Positions 47,292 to 57,845 of a stretch of DNA of 64,000 nucleotides are shown piece by piece (the stretch's first letter is position 1; each line of letters begins with the position of its first letter). The notes beneath the pieces were generated by a model, which did not search any database, was not told where the DNA came from, and worked only from the letters and a program-made list of their open reading frames with translations. Made by a program: the position numbers and the translations under genes. Source of the DNA: a candidate division FCPU426 bacterium. GTDB lineage: Bacteria; Oederibacteriota; Muellerivitia; Muellerivitales; Muellerivitaceae. Location of the stretch: positions 1 to 64,000 of the forward strand of contig CAWKAR010000049.1 of the NCBI GenBank assembly GCA_963847625.1, in the 5' to 3' direction.

Positions 47292-49192
47292 TTATTTCAA
47301 GGGGGCGGGCTGCACCCTTTGGACCACCTTGTCGCTTTCCGAACCGTCGGCGGTCACGGAGGTGACTGCGAAATAATAGGTCTTGCCGTTTTTTAAATCT
47401 TTCAAAAGCGCCTGGGAGGCGGTCTGGGGGAACTTGGTCACGCGCTTGAAATTCGTGCCGTCGTCGGAAACGTACAGGTTATATCCCATCGCGCCGTCCA
47501 CCGCGTTCCAGGTCAGCCTCGCGAAGGTATCACCGCCCTCAATCTTGAATTCGGAAGGGATCTTGGGTTTATTGGGGGAAACCTGCGCCGGGGGAGGAGA
47601 CTCTGGTCTTGCCATATCGGAAAGCCTGAGGGCCAGGATCGCGCTCAAGGGGCTTTCCGCGCCCTCCGTAGTGACGGCCGTGACCGCGAATCGGTAGCTT
47701 TTGTCCGGATCGATTTTCATCAGGATCAATTTGGTATCCAAGATCGGGCGGGCCGTCAGCTTTTGCGCTGGTTTTCCCTGGTCATCCGCCAGGTAAAGGT
47801 TATAACCGGCGATATTTCCCGACAGCGCCTTGCCCCAATCCAGTTGGACCCCTTCCCCGACAGGGGTGGCCTTGAGGCCCGTCGGGGGTGATAGGGCCGG
47901 GCCGGCCGCGGCGGCACCGGGTACGACGGTCAATTTCGTCATGGAACTCTCGCGGCCCGCCGCGCTCACCGAAACCACCCCGAAGGCGTATTCCTGCCCG
48001 TTTTTGAGGTTCTTGAGTTTGAGGATCGTGTCGTTCAGGGGCCGGGCCGTAATGCGGGAATAGGACTGGGTTCCGGGTTTTTTCAAGTACAGTTGGTAAC
48101 CCAGCAGGTCCTTTTGGTGGACCGCGTTCCAGGAGAGGACCACCCCCCGGTCGAAAATCCTGGCCTGGAGGCCCGCCGGGGCGCGCAGGCCTTCCTCCCC
48201 TTCCGCCCCGAAGCGCAAGATCAGGGAGAACCGGTGGGTGTTGCCCAAGGTGTTGAGGGGCGTGAAGGCATAATCGAACTGCATGAACTTGAGGTTCACC
48301 CCGATCCCGGCGGTGGGGTACTGCTGGTCCGTGTCCCCCGTGAAACCCGCGCGCAAGGCCAGGGTCTTGTCGAACCAGTACTCCGCGCCGACAGCCCCGG
48401 AATAGCTTTGGGCCCCGATCTGGTAGGAATTGTCCAGGGCTAAAAGCAGGGTGTGTTTGGGGGTGTCCACGATCCGGCAGGCCAAGCCCAACCGGCCCGA
48501 GGTGGGCAGGGGATCCCCCGCCGATACGAACTCAACCTGCTGGCCGACGTTGAAGATTCCCGCGCCCACGCTGAAGCCGCCTCCGGGCGTGAGCAGTATC
48601 CCGAAATCCCCGCCCATGGCCTGGGCGTTGAAGCCCGCGATGTTCCTGAGGATGTATTTTCCGGTCACGCCGAAGGAAATCACGTTATGGATCCGGAAGG
48701 CGAGGGAGGCCGAGAGGGCGTTGTCCGCGGCCGAGACCGCGGGCGAAAGCCCGTTGGTGCTGTCGAAGGGGGGAACGCCCAGGTTGACGCAGCCCAGCCC
48801 TAAGCCAAAAGCATTCTCGCCCGCCGGGATGGGCAGGGCGATTCCGCCGAAGTTGTAGGCGATGTCGCTCAGGTAAAGCATGTGCAGGTAGCCGACTTCC
48901 ATATGCTCCATGACGGCCAGGCCCGCCGGGTTCCAGGTAAGCGCGTTCACGTCGTCGGCGACCGCCGTAAAGGCCCCCCCATTCCCTGGCTCCGGGCCCC
49001 GGCGTCGATGGACAGGAAGTCCGCGCCGGATGTCAGTTGTTGGGCCGGTGCCTCCCCTGGCCAGTTGAGCAAGAATGTAAAAGCCGCTAGGAGTGCCCAT
49101 AGGGTGATCGAGGGGTTGGCGGGAGGCGGTTGGCAGTTCGCAGTTTTTAACCGCGAACCGCGAACCGTGGACTGTGAACAATTGTTTATCAT
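47292..49192 (-). CDS. PorV/PorQ-like outer-membrane beta-barrel fused to three FN3 domains; 1-nt frameshift at the C7 run 48974-48980
   Basis: Frame 1: signal + GADFLSIDAGARSQGMGG. Frame 2: AFTAVADDVNALTWNPAGLA...LRAG...DYAF...LGNTHRFSL, then three FN3 repeats. ATGA overlap with the upstream gene. Confidence 0.82.
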
Positions 49193-52100
49193 TTCACCAC
49201 CGCTACTTTCAGGATCTGGTGGAACAAGCCTGACTTGATCTCGATGAGGTAGATGCCCGAGGCTACGACGTTGCCGTTTTTATCCTTCATGTCCCAAGAG
49301 GTTTTTTCCGCCGTGCCGGCCGTGGCGGGCGGGACTGAGAGAGAACGGATCAACCTCCCCGCGATGTTATAAATGTTGAGTTCCACGGACCCGCTGGAAG
49401 GAACCTCGTAGGATATGCCCAGGGTCTGCCCCAAGAGAGGCCGGACCAGGTTGGCGTCGAAGACCATCTGGCCGGATTTTACCGTCACCACCGTCGGGGG
49501 GGGCTTGAGGGTGGTCGCGTAGGCGTGGTTGGAATTGGAACTGGTCCCCACGGGGACGGAATAAACCGCCCGGGCCACGTAGAAATAAGTGACTCCGACA
49601 CTCAAACCGGTGTTGTTGAACACCGTGACGGGCGCGAAGGCGGTGTTGTAAAGGGTGGTCACGGGGGTGGTGAGGGTCGCGCCGAAGGAATTGGTCCGGT
49701 AGATGGCGTAACCCGTCACGATTCGGCCCAGGTCGTTGGCGGGGGTCCAGGTAAGCTGGATGGTATTGGTTCCCGTGCCCTTGGCGGCCAGGTTTGTGGG
49801 GGGATTGAGGTTGTTTTGGCTGCTGGCGGCCGTGACCGTCACGGCAACGCTCTCGTGCACGCCCGGAAGGGCCTGTCCCGTCTCGTCGATGGCAGTGACC
49901 GTGAAGGTGACGGAAACCCCGTTGGTGCTGGGGACCAGCCACCAGGTTTGGGCCGTCAGGACGGTCGTCGGGGTCCCGCCGGAGGAAATGACAACCTGGT
50001 ACTCGGAAACGGGCAGGCTTCCGCCCGAGGGCGGCGCGGCGGGGGCCCAATCGATGAGGATTTGTTCGTCACCCGGCAAGGGGGTCAAGCCCGTCGGGGC
50101 GGGGGGCGGATTGGAAGCCCCGTCCAGGATTTCCGTTGAGGGAGGACCCTCATGGCCCACGGCATCGAGGGCTTCCACCTCGTAGCCGTAAAGCTGGCCC
50201 AACGCCACGGTGCTGTCAATCAAAGATGAAACGCCCGAACCCACGACCGTCAGGGGCGAGGCCGGGTTATAGGTTCCCGAAGAGTTTCGGCGATATATCG
50301 CGTATCCGGTAACGGTGAAGGAACTGGTGGCCGGGGCGGACCAGGAGAGCGTGACTTCGGTGTTGCTGGAGGCGGAGGTGACCGCGGGAGGGCTTAAGGC
50401 AAATGGATAGCCCGTCACCGGGGCCGAGGGGCCCAGGCTGGTCACGCTGTTCGCGTTGACGGCGTAAACGAGGTACACGAAGGTGGAACCGTCGGCGGCG
50501 GGGCTGTCCACGTAGGTCACTGGTACGTTCGCCGCCGTCACGGAGCTGGAGACGGCCGTCAGGGGGCCCGCGTTGCGGGTGATGACATACTGGTTCACGT
50601 TCACGGTGTCCAACGGGCCGTTGGTGAGCCAATGCAGGGTGACCGCGTTGTCGCCGTCGGATTCCCTGAGGCCCGTGGGCGCGTTGGGCGGACGGGCGGC
50701 CGTGGTGAAGACCGTGGCGCTGGCGCTGTGGCAAAGGCCCCCCACGTTGTCGACAGAAACAAGGTAATAATAATATTTGGTTCCATTCGTCACCGGGGCG
50801 TCGGTGTAGGTGCCGCCGGTTGGAACCGTGGCGAGGAGAGTGTAACCGGTGAATTGGGACGTACTGCGGTACAGCTGGTAGCCGGTCACCGGGGCCCCGA
50901 CCACAGGGTCCAACCAGGTGACTGCCACCAGGGCGTTCTGGCCCTGGGCCGAGAGGCTGCTGGGCGGATTGATATTTCCCGTGCTCGGCATGCCCGTGAC
51001 CAAGGCGGAATTAGCGCTGATGTGGAGCCCGCTGACGATCCCGGAGGTGTCCTCGGACACCAGCCAATAGGTGTAAGTGGTGAGATCCGCCAGGCCCATG
51101 TCGACGAAACCCGTGATGGTGGAGTTGACCGTGGCGACCAGGATCGTCACCCCGCTGCCGACCGCGGTGCGGTAAATTTGGTACGCTCCGATGGGAAGGG
51201 TGCCCGGCGATCCAGGCAGCCAGGTGATCTGGACTTCCTGGTCCCCGGCATAGAGGGCCACGCTTACCGGCGCGCCAGGCTGGACCAGGGGCTGGGCGGA
51301 AACCGGGGCCGTCTGGGCGCTCAAGTTACCCTGCACGTCCACCGTCTGCAGGGCATAGGTGTAGGTCGTCCCGTTCGTGACCGCGTTATCGGTGTATGCC
51401 GCGGCCGTGTAAGGCAGGAAGGTGAGCGGCGCCCCGGTCAAGGTGACCGAGTTGGAACGGAAAACGTCGTAGCCGGACACCGGGTAGGTGGTGGCGGCGG
51501 GGGCGGTCCAGGACAGCGCCACCTGGTTGTTCCCGGCGGTGGCGGCCAGGAAAACCGGCGGGTTGGGTTGGCGGAAAGCCGTGACCGGCGCGGCCAGGGC
51601 CGTGTTGAGGGGGCTCATGAGGCCGCCCAGCTCGGCCTCCACCAGGTAATAGTAGGCCGTCCCGTCCGCCGCGGTCGTGTCCACAAAAGTGGTGCTGGTG
51701 GAGGGAACGCTGGTGATGGGGGTGTAGGCGGCGGTGGCCGGGCCGCTTCCCGTAATGGGCCCGTTCGCGCGGTAGATATTGTACCCGGTGATGGCCTGGA
51801 TGGCCGGGTTGGCGGCCCAGGTGAGGCTGACCGCGGCCTGGGTGGGGCTGACGCCGGACTGGGCCAAGAGGCTGGCCGGGGAGGATGGCCCGATGAGGAT
51901 GGTGATGGAATTGGAAGCGGGGCCTTCCCCGGTGGGGTTGGTGGCGGAAATCTGGAAGGAATAGGTCTGGCCGAATTGGACGGGCCATTGGAACGTGACG
52001 GGCATGGCGAAACCCGCCGTGACCGGCACGGCCTGGATCGAGACGGATTGGTTGTAATTCAGTTGGCGGTAGATGTTGTATTTCGCCACGTCGCCGGCGC

Positions 52101-55100
52101 CGACAGTGTTCCAATTCAACACCACCGACACGTTGTCGGGCAGGAGGTTGACCGAGTTGAGGACCGGCGCCGCGGGGTAGGTCAACTGGGTGACCGGCCC
52201 CTCTGGGGAACCCGAGCCGAAGAAGTTGTTGGTTTCAAGCCAGTAGTAATAGGTGGTGTCGGGGCTCTCCCCCGTGACCGACCCGGCGTACAGGCCTTGG
52301 TCGTAATAGGACACGCTGGAGGCGGGGACAAGGTTGGCCCCGGTGGCTCCCGCCAGCTGGTTGGTGTTGTTGACCAGCAGGGAAACGCTGGAGGCGTTGG
52401 GCGCGGCCCCCGTGACGTTGTTCCAGGTCACGGAAATATCGTTGGAAGCGCTGATGGAAGAAATACCCAGGCCCGTGGGCGCCGGGGGAGCCAGCCCGCT
52501 GGTGACCGCCGCAGATAAAAGGCTTTCCCCTCCCAGGATGGTGACTCCGCTTCCCGCGTTGGTCGCCGTCACGTTGTAATAATAGGTGACTCCCTGTGCG
52601 GGGGTACTGTCGGCGTAGGAAGTGCCCGGGGAGGGCACGTTTGCGAGGAGCTGGGTGATGGGCACGGAGGGCAACTGGCTCCGGTAAACGGAATAATCGA
52701 ACACGTTTTCTGAGGCCGGGTTCGGGGCCCAACTCACCGTGATGGCGGTGGAGCCGGGGGAAACGGTCACGGGCGCGGGCGGGTTGGGGGGAATCTGCAG
52801 GCCCTTCATGGCCGGGGCGCCGGCGCCTGCGGGATTTTGTTCCCCCAGGAAATAGAAATAAGTCGTGCCGGCGGAAAGGCCCGGGTCCGTCAGGGACGTC
52901 ACCGGAACGCCGGCCGCCGTGACAGGAATGCCGATGGACACCTCGGTGGAGCCGACGGTGGTGGGGGCCGTGTTGCGGTAAAGGTTATAGGAGGTCACGT
53001 TGGCCAGGGTGGCGGAAGACCAGGTCAGGTCCACATTGCTGCGGATCGCCGGGTCGGCCACCACCGAAAAGCCCGACGGTGCTGGCGGCAGGAGGGTGGA
53101 GAAAACCACTGAGGAAGGAAGGCTTTCCCCTCCGGCGATGGTCACCCCTTTTCCCGGGTTGGTGGCGGTCAACTCGTAATAATAATTGGTTCCGGCCACG
53201 GCGCCGCCGTCGGCGAAGGAAGTTCCGGGGCTCGTCACCGTCGCCAGAACCGAGGTAAAGGGTCCGGCCGGGTTGGTGCTCCGGTAAATGGTGTAAATCA
53301 ACACGTTTTCCGAGGCCGGGTTCGCGGTCCAACTCACCGTGATGGTGGCCGCGGTGGAAGAGGCCCCGACCCCCGTCGGGGCGTTGGGGGGGATCATGAC
53401 CCCCACCGCGGGGGAAACCGTGCTGGGACCGCCCAAGTTCTGGGCCTGGGCATAGTAATACAGGATGTTTCCCGCCGCCGAGGGGCCCAGGGTCGCGTCC
53501 GTAAAGCTGTAGCCCGGCGCACCGGATGCCATGAGCGTTGCGCCCGCCCCGAATGTGGCGCTGGGGCTGCGGTAAAGGTTGTAACCCGTGATGTTGGTTT
53601 CGGGAGCGGACGGCACGGACCAGGTGAGGGTGACGGTGTCGGAAGCCGTGGCGGTCACCGCCAGGCCGGTGGGTGTGTGGGGTAACAGCGGCATGGTGAC
53701 CGGCAGTGATAAGGGGCCTTCCCCGCCGGCGTTGGACGCCGAGACCTGGTAAATATAGTTCACGCCCACGATCAGGCCGGTGGAGTCCGGGTAAGTGGTG
53801 GCCGAGGCCGTGGTGCCGACGGAAATGCCGTTTCGGTAAAGGGTGTAACCGGTCACTCCCTGGTTGTTAACCGAGTTCCAATTCAAGGTGATGGCCGCCG
53901 CTCCCGAGGATGCCGTCAAACCCGTGGGCGCCGCCGGCAGGATATAGCCCGTCACAGGGCTGGAGGGGTTGGATAGGGCGCCGTTGCTGTCAAAGGCGCT
54001 GACCTGGTAGACGTAATAATGGCCGATGGCCACGGAGGAATCGTCGTAAGTGGCGGGGGAAACCCCCACGGTGACATCCCTGCCGAAAACCCCATCGGGG
54101 GAGATTTGGACCTGGTAGCCCGTGACCGGCCCGTTGAGCATCAGGGTCGGGTCGGGGGCCGTCCAAGAAAGCCCGATGGTGGCCGGACTGACGCTCACCA
54201 GGGTCGTGAAGGCGCCCGTGGGCGGGTAACCCGGCGGGAATCCTTGGGCCTGGGAGGAAACGGCGCTGATGTGGGCTCCCGCCGGCCCGGAGGGATACTG
54301 GCTGTCGAGTGAAACCAGCTCGTAATAATTGAGGGAGGCCGCCACCGGCGCCGGGTCGTTATAGGTGGTGGTGGAACCCGCTAAGGTGGCCACCGTGACG
54401 GCGCCCGACATGGAAGAGGAAGTGGAACGCAGGACCAGCAAGCCCGTCACCGCGTAAGACCCGGACACAGATGCTGGGGCGCCCCAGTTCAATTGGACCG
54501 TTGTGCCGCCCGTCAAGGCGGTGACGGGCCCGGGCGCCGCCGGGTTGGCGAAGGCCGTCACGGGACCGAGGGAGCTGGTGGTGGACTCGGCCACCGTGTT
54601 GTAGGCGAGAATCTGGTAGGAATAGCCGGTGAGGTTTGTGACGGAGTCATTATAGCTAGTCTGGCTGATGGGTAACGTCACCGCGTTGGATAAAACCGTC
54701 CCGCTGGGCAGGGTCACGGAGCCCGTAAAGTCTCCCCCGGCCGGGGTCCGGATCATGACGTACCCCAGGGGGCTTTCGTTGGTGACCTGGCCCCAGGAAA
54801 GTGCGACCGCCCCGCCGCCGCCGACATAATTGGCCGGGAGCGCCGTGAATGAGCCTGGCGGGCTGGGCGCCGCGATGGAATAAACAAAGGTTTTCGAGGA
54901 ATCCATCGGGGCCGAGTTGCCGTACACGTTGAGGGCACTCACCATGCTCAGGGGCCAGGATCCGTCCTGGCCCGAGGCCGTGCCGACCAGAGTGACAGGA
55001 TAAGATTGGTTCGTCACAATGGGATTGCTGGAGGCATTGACGGTGATCGTTCCGGGGGTGGAACCGGAGGGGTTGACGATGACATCGGAGCCCAAGGGAT

Positions 55101-56406
55101 CCTTGGCCGAGCTGAAGCTCCAATTCGACACGCCCGAGCTGTTGGCGGGAACCAGGAAGGCCATCTGGGTCAAGGGGCTGTTGAACTGGTTGAGGAAGGT
55201 GTCCACCAGGGTGACCGGGCCCCCGTCCAGAACCGTGACGGGATAGGCCACGGAACCGGGGAATGTGATGACGGAGCGCACGGGTTGCACGTTAGAGGAG
55301 GAATAGGGAATATTGACGTAAGAAAGGTTCCCGAGAGTGTATGAGGCCCAGACTAGGTAAATCGGACCGGTGATGGTCGTAGGCTGCCCGGCGACGGTGG
55401 TAGGCGCCCAAGCCCTCAGGATGATCTGGCCGTTGGTCATGAAAGGCTGTAAAGCAGCCCCTGAAACCGAGCTGATTTGATTGGCGTTGATGCCCGGGTA
55501 ATTTGTCGCGATGACGTTGTTGATGAAGCCCTGATAGACCCTGTCATAGGTCAAATCAGGGTTGTTATAGTCCGTCAGCGGGCCGCTGGGTGCGTTGCCG
55601 TAATCCAAAATCACCTCGTAGGATACCGGAGCCGTGAAGGAGTTGTCTTGTTTGAACATATATAAATTAAATGACACGCCGGCTCCGCCCGCCGCGTAAC
55701 CGCCATTCACGCCGGTCACAGCGAAGCAAAGGGAGTTGGTGACGGAGTCGGAGACGGCGATCGTAACGGCAGTATTCCCTATGAGCAAACTGGCCGACGA
55801 GTCCAGCAAAAGGTCGGTGGGGCCGGGCGTGGGCAAGGGGGCGTAAACGGCCGCGACGGACGTGCCGCTGCTGGTTTCGAGGTAATAGGGTTGGAAATAT
55901 CCGCGCACCAGGTATCCCGGCCCCGAGGTGTTGCCGATGGCGCCCGGATAGGTGTTTCCCGAGATGATATTGGGGCCGCTGACGCTCACTTGCATGGAAT
56001 TGGAGCCGGCTGTCAGCGTTACCGAGAAATTCAGCACCCCGCTGACGAAAGACATGGGCGCCGTGCCGCCGGTGACAGGCGAGCCGCTGGAGGGAACGAA
56101 AACAGCCGAGGGATCGGCGGGAAGGCCGGTGGCCGTGTCATAGAGACCGACGACGACCGCGTCGGTAACCGCGGAGTCATTGGTCCCCACAGGATTTTGG
56201 GCCTGGATTCTGAAAGTCAAAACGTTTCCCGCGCCGCTCGTACTATAAGTCACGCCCGCGTAGGCCGAAGTGGGAGCGATAAAAGTGACTGAATAGCTGG
56301 CGGAATAGGCAGGACCGGGGGAAAGGAACAACCCAAGACCTGCTAAAACAAACAAAGGTGTAAAACTTAAATTTTTCAGGGGGTTTTTCGTTTTGGATTT
56401 TTCCAT
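49189..56406 (-). CDS. Giant secreted FN3-repeat surface protein (2405 aa) with C-terminal FlgD-Ig / T9SS-CTD-like domain
   Basis: Sec signal; many P..L.A.....V.L.W......GY..YR....Y.D......Y.Y.V.A repeats; ends IYNIAGRLIRSL...WDMKDKNGNVVASGIYLIEI...KVAVVK. Confidence 0.9.
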   Translation of the reverse strand: MEKSKTKNPLKNLSFTPLFVLAGLGLFLSPGPAYSASYSVTFIAPTSAYAGVTYSTSGAGNVLTFRIQAQNPVGTNDSAVTDAVVVGLYDTATGLPADPSAVFVPSSGSPVTGGTAPMSFVSGVLNFSVTLTAGSNSMQVSVSGPNIISGNTYPGAIGNTSGPGYLVRGYFQPYYLETSSGTSVAAVYAPLPTPGPTDLLLDSSASLLIGNTAVTIAVSDSVTNSLCFAVTGVNGGYAAGGAGVSFNLYMFKQDNSFTAPVSYEVILDYGNAPSGPLTDYNNPDLTYDRVYQGFINNVIATNYPGINANQISSVSGAALQPFMTNGQIILRAWAPTTVAGQPTTITGPIYLVWASYTLGNLSYVNIPYSSSNVQPVRSVITFPGSVAYPVTVLDGGPVTLVDTFLNQFNSPLTQMAFLVPANSSGVSNWSFSSAKDPLGSDVIVNPSGSTPGTITVNASSNPIVTNQSYPVTLVGTASGQDGSWPLSMVSALNVYGNSAPMDSSKTFVYSIAAPSPPGSFTALPANYVGGGGAVALSWGQVTNESPLGYVMIRTPAGGDFTGSVTLPSGTVLSNAVTLPISQTSYNDSVTNLTGYSYQILAYNTVAESTTSSLGPVTAFANPAAPGPVTALTGGTTVQLNWGAPASVSGSYAVTGLLVLRSTSSSMSGAVTVATLAGSTTTYNDPAPVAASLNYYELVSLDSQYPSGPAGAHISAVSSQAQGFPPGYPPTGAFTTLVSVSPATIGLSWTAPDPTLMLNGPVTGYQVQISPDGVFGRDVTVGVSPATYDDSSVAIGHYYVYQVSAFDSNGALSNPSSPVTGYILPAAPTGLTASSGAAAITLNWNSVNNQGVTGYTLYRNGISVGTTASATTYPDSTGLIVGVNYIYQVSASNAGGEGPLSLPVTMPLLPHTPTGLAVTATASDTVTLTWSVPSAPETNITGYNLYRSPSATFGAGATLMASGAPGYSFTDATLGPSAAGNILYYYAQAQNLGGPSTVSPAVGVMIPPNAPTGVGASSTAATITVSWTANPASENVLIYTIYRSTNPAGPFTSVLATVTSPGTSFADGGAVAGTNYYYELTATNPGKGVTIAGGESLPSSVVFSTLLPPAPSGFSVVADPAIRSNVDLTWSSATLANVTSYNLYRNTAPTTVGSTEVSIGIPVTAAGVPVTSLTDPGLSAGTTYFYFLGEQNPAGAGAPAMKGLQIPPNPPAPVTVSPGSTAITVSWAPNPASENVFDYSVYRSQLPSVPITQLLANVPSPGTSYADSTPAQGVTYYYNVTATNAGSGVTILGGESLLSAAVTSGLAPPAPTGLGISSISASNDISVTWNNVTGAAPNASSVSLLVNNTNQLAGATGANLVPASSVSYYDQGLYAGSVTGESPDTTYYYWLETNNFFGSGSPEGPVTQLTYPAAPVLNSVNLLPDNVSVVLNWNTVGAGDVAKYNIYRQLNYNQSVSIQAVPVTAGFAMPVTFQWPVQFGQTYSFQISATNPTGEGPASNSITILIGPSSPASLLAQSGVSPTQAAVSLTWAANPAIQAITGYNIYRANGPITGSGPATAAYTPITSVPSTSTTFVDTTAADGTAYYYLVEAELGGLMSPLNTALAAPVTAFRQPNPPVFLAATAGNNQVALSWTAPAATTYPVSGYDVFRSNSVTLTGAPLTFLPYTAAAYTDNAVTNGTTYTYALQTVDVQGNLSAQTAPVSAQPLVQPGAPVSVALYAGDQEVQITWLPGSPGTLPIGAYQIYRTAVGSGVTILVATVNSTITGFVDMGLADLTTYTYWLVSEDTSGIVSGLHISANSALVTGMPSTGNINPPSSLSAQGQNALVAVTWLDPVVGAPVTGYQLYRSTSQFTGYTLLATVPTGGTYTDAPVTNGTKYYYYLVSVDNVGGLCHSASATVFTTAARPPNAPTGLRESDGDNAVTLHWLTNGPLDTVNVNQYVITRNAGPLTAVSSSVTAANVPVTYVDSPAADGSTFVYLVYAVNANSVTSLGPSAPVTGYPFALSPPAVTSASSNTEVTLSWSAPATSSFTVTGYAIYRRNSSGTYNPASPLTVVGSGVSSLIDSTVALGQLYGYEVEALDAVGHEGPPSTEILDGASNPPPAPTGLTPLPGDEQILIDWAPAAPPSGGSLPVSEYQVVISSGGTPTTVLTAQTWWLVPSTNGVSVTFTVTAIDETGQALPGVHESVAVTVTAASSQNNLNPPTNLAAKGTGTNTIQLTWTPANDLGRIVTGYAIYRTNSFGATLTTPVTTLYNTAFAPVTVFNNTGLSVGVTYFYVARAVYSVPVGTSSNSNHAYATTLKPPPTVVTVKSGQMVFDANLVRPLLGQTLGISYEVPSSGSVELNIYNIAGRLIRSLSVPPATAGTAEKTSWDMKDKNGNVVASGIYLIEIKSGLFHQILKVAVVK

Positions 56407-56538
56407 GTTATCTTAAGAATAACCCGATTATTGAGGCTAATCAAGGAATGCGTTTTAACTTTAAACCTTAAAAACAATGACTCCTTCTGATTCTGCAAAT
56501 AGAAATTTTTTAAGCTGGAATTTTGTTTAGCTGTCATT

Positions 56539-56645
56539 GAGGAATGCCCCGCGAATAGCGGGGTGCTTATGACAGGCTTGAAGTAGTTGGCCTTTATTTC
56601 AGGCCAACCATACATGGCCCCAAGGGCCAACGTACAACCCCAGTT
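56539..56645 (-). repeat. 107-bp structured dispersed repeat, copy 2
   Basis: Reverse complement of 35805-35911 with 8 differences. Confidence 0.85.
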
Positions 56646-56705
56646 ATAAAAAATTTTATGGATGATCGGCGTAATGACAAATCAAAAAAACGCCAAAACC
56701 AAACT

Positions 56706-57839
56706 TTACCAGGTATCCCGGACGCTATTCACGATGGTCTGGTCATTCCAGACGATCTGCGGGGTGGCGCCTTGGGCCACCAAAAGCGAGCGAAGCATCA
56801 CCTCCATCCCAGCGCTTGTCCCGGAGATGCCCACCTCAAATCCACCGGGGAAATTGCCGTTGGCTATGGCGAACTGCGGAACCGTGGCCGGGGCCCGGTT
56901 CCAGCCCGCGCTGTTGGGGCTGATGCCGTAAAAAAAACCGGTGCTGAGGATGCCTGAAGAAACGCGGGTCAACGCGGTCACCGGGCCCTCCGATAGGGTC
57001 GTCATGGGATTCACCAGTACGGCTCCATTGACAGTGCTTAAAGTGAAAAATGCCTGGTTCGGATCCTGCTGGGTGGGATCCCAGGCGAAGTTTATCGCGT
57101 AATTGGTGTCCTGCGGCGCGACATCCCCTTTCGTCGTCAGCCATTTAATGACATTTGTAAACAACGTAAAATCAACCAAGCTGAGATCATATAGCTCATT
57201 GTAATCGGCGTATTGGGTGCTTTGCCATTCCACCAGCCGGTAAGCGGGGGTGTTTCGCAGGGTTTTGGGGTTGGCAGGGGTCAGGTAATAGTAATAAATC
57301 CGGTAAAGGTCGATGTATTCATTTACTGACACGCCGTCTTTATTAAGGACGGTGACGTTGGCATTCGTTGCTACCGTGGCCGGCGCGGGATAGACATAGA
57401 TGCCGATGGTCTGGTTGGAATCGTAAACCCCCATCAGAACGCTGTTGCCGAAATTCGCCGCGACCGCGGTGACGGGCGAGAAAGAGCCGGTGCCCGTGAT
57501 GGGCTGCGTCAGGGCAAGTTGGGTCCCCTGCAGGATGGGATAGTTGCTCTTGGTGCTGGCCGACATGGCTTGGGTGACGGGGCCTAAAAAGGATATGCCC
57601 GAAGTATCGCTTTGGAACATATGGCGGCTGGCCACGCACCTCTCATGGAGGCGAAGCAATGTCTGTTCGTTCAGGGTTTGAAGCTGGAGGTGCATTTCAT
57701 CGGCGGCCATGCCCTGGGAGACCTTGAGAAAGAACATGGTCATGACGGGGGTGATGATGGCGATCAGGGCTACCACGAACATCAACTCCACGAGGGTCCA
57801 CCCTTTTTCATCCAGCGGGCGGGTGATCTTATTTTTCAT
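56706..57839 (-). CDS. Minor pilin / pseudopilin (PilW/GspJ-like)
   Basis: KG|WTLVELMFVVALIAII class III signal; 377 aa. Confidence 0.82.
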   Translation of the reverse strand: MKNKITRPLDEKGWTLVELMFVVALIAIITPVMTMFFLKVSQGMAADEMHLQLQTLNEQTLLRLHERCVASRHMFQSDTSGISFLGPVTQAMSASTKSNYPILQGTQLALTQPITGTGSFSPVTAVAANFGNSVLMGVYDSNQTIGIYVYPAPATVATNANVTVLNKDGVSVNEYIDLYRIYYYYLTPANPKTLRNTPAYRLVEWQSTQYADYNELYDLSLVDFTLFTNVIKWLTTKGDVAPQDTNYAINFAWDPTQQDPNQAFFTLSTVNGAVLVNPMTTLSEGPVTALTRVSSGILSTGFFYGISPNSAGWNRAPATVPQFAIANGNFPGGFEVGISGTSAGMEVMLRSLLVAQGATPQIVWNDQTIVNSVRDTW

Positions 57840-57845
57840 GGTGGC

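Noticed and set aside
50632..52518. 628-aa plus-strand ORF
   Set aside because: Antisense shadow of the GC-rich FN3 gene.
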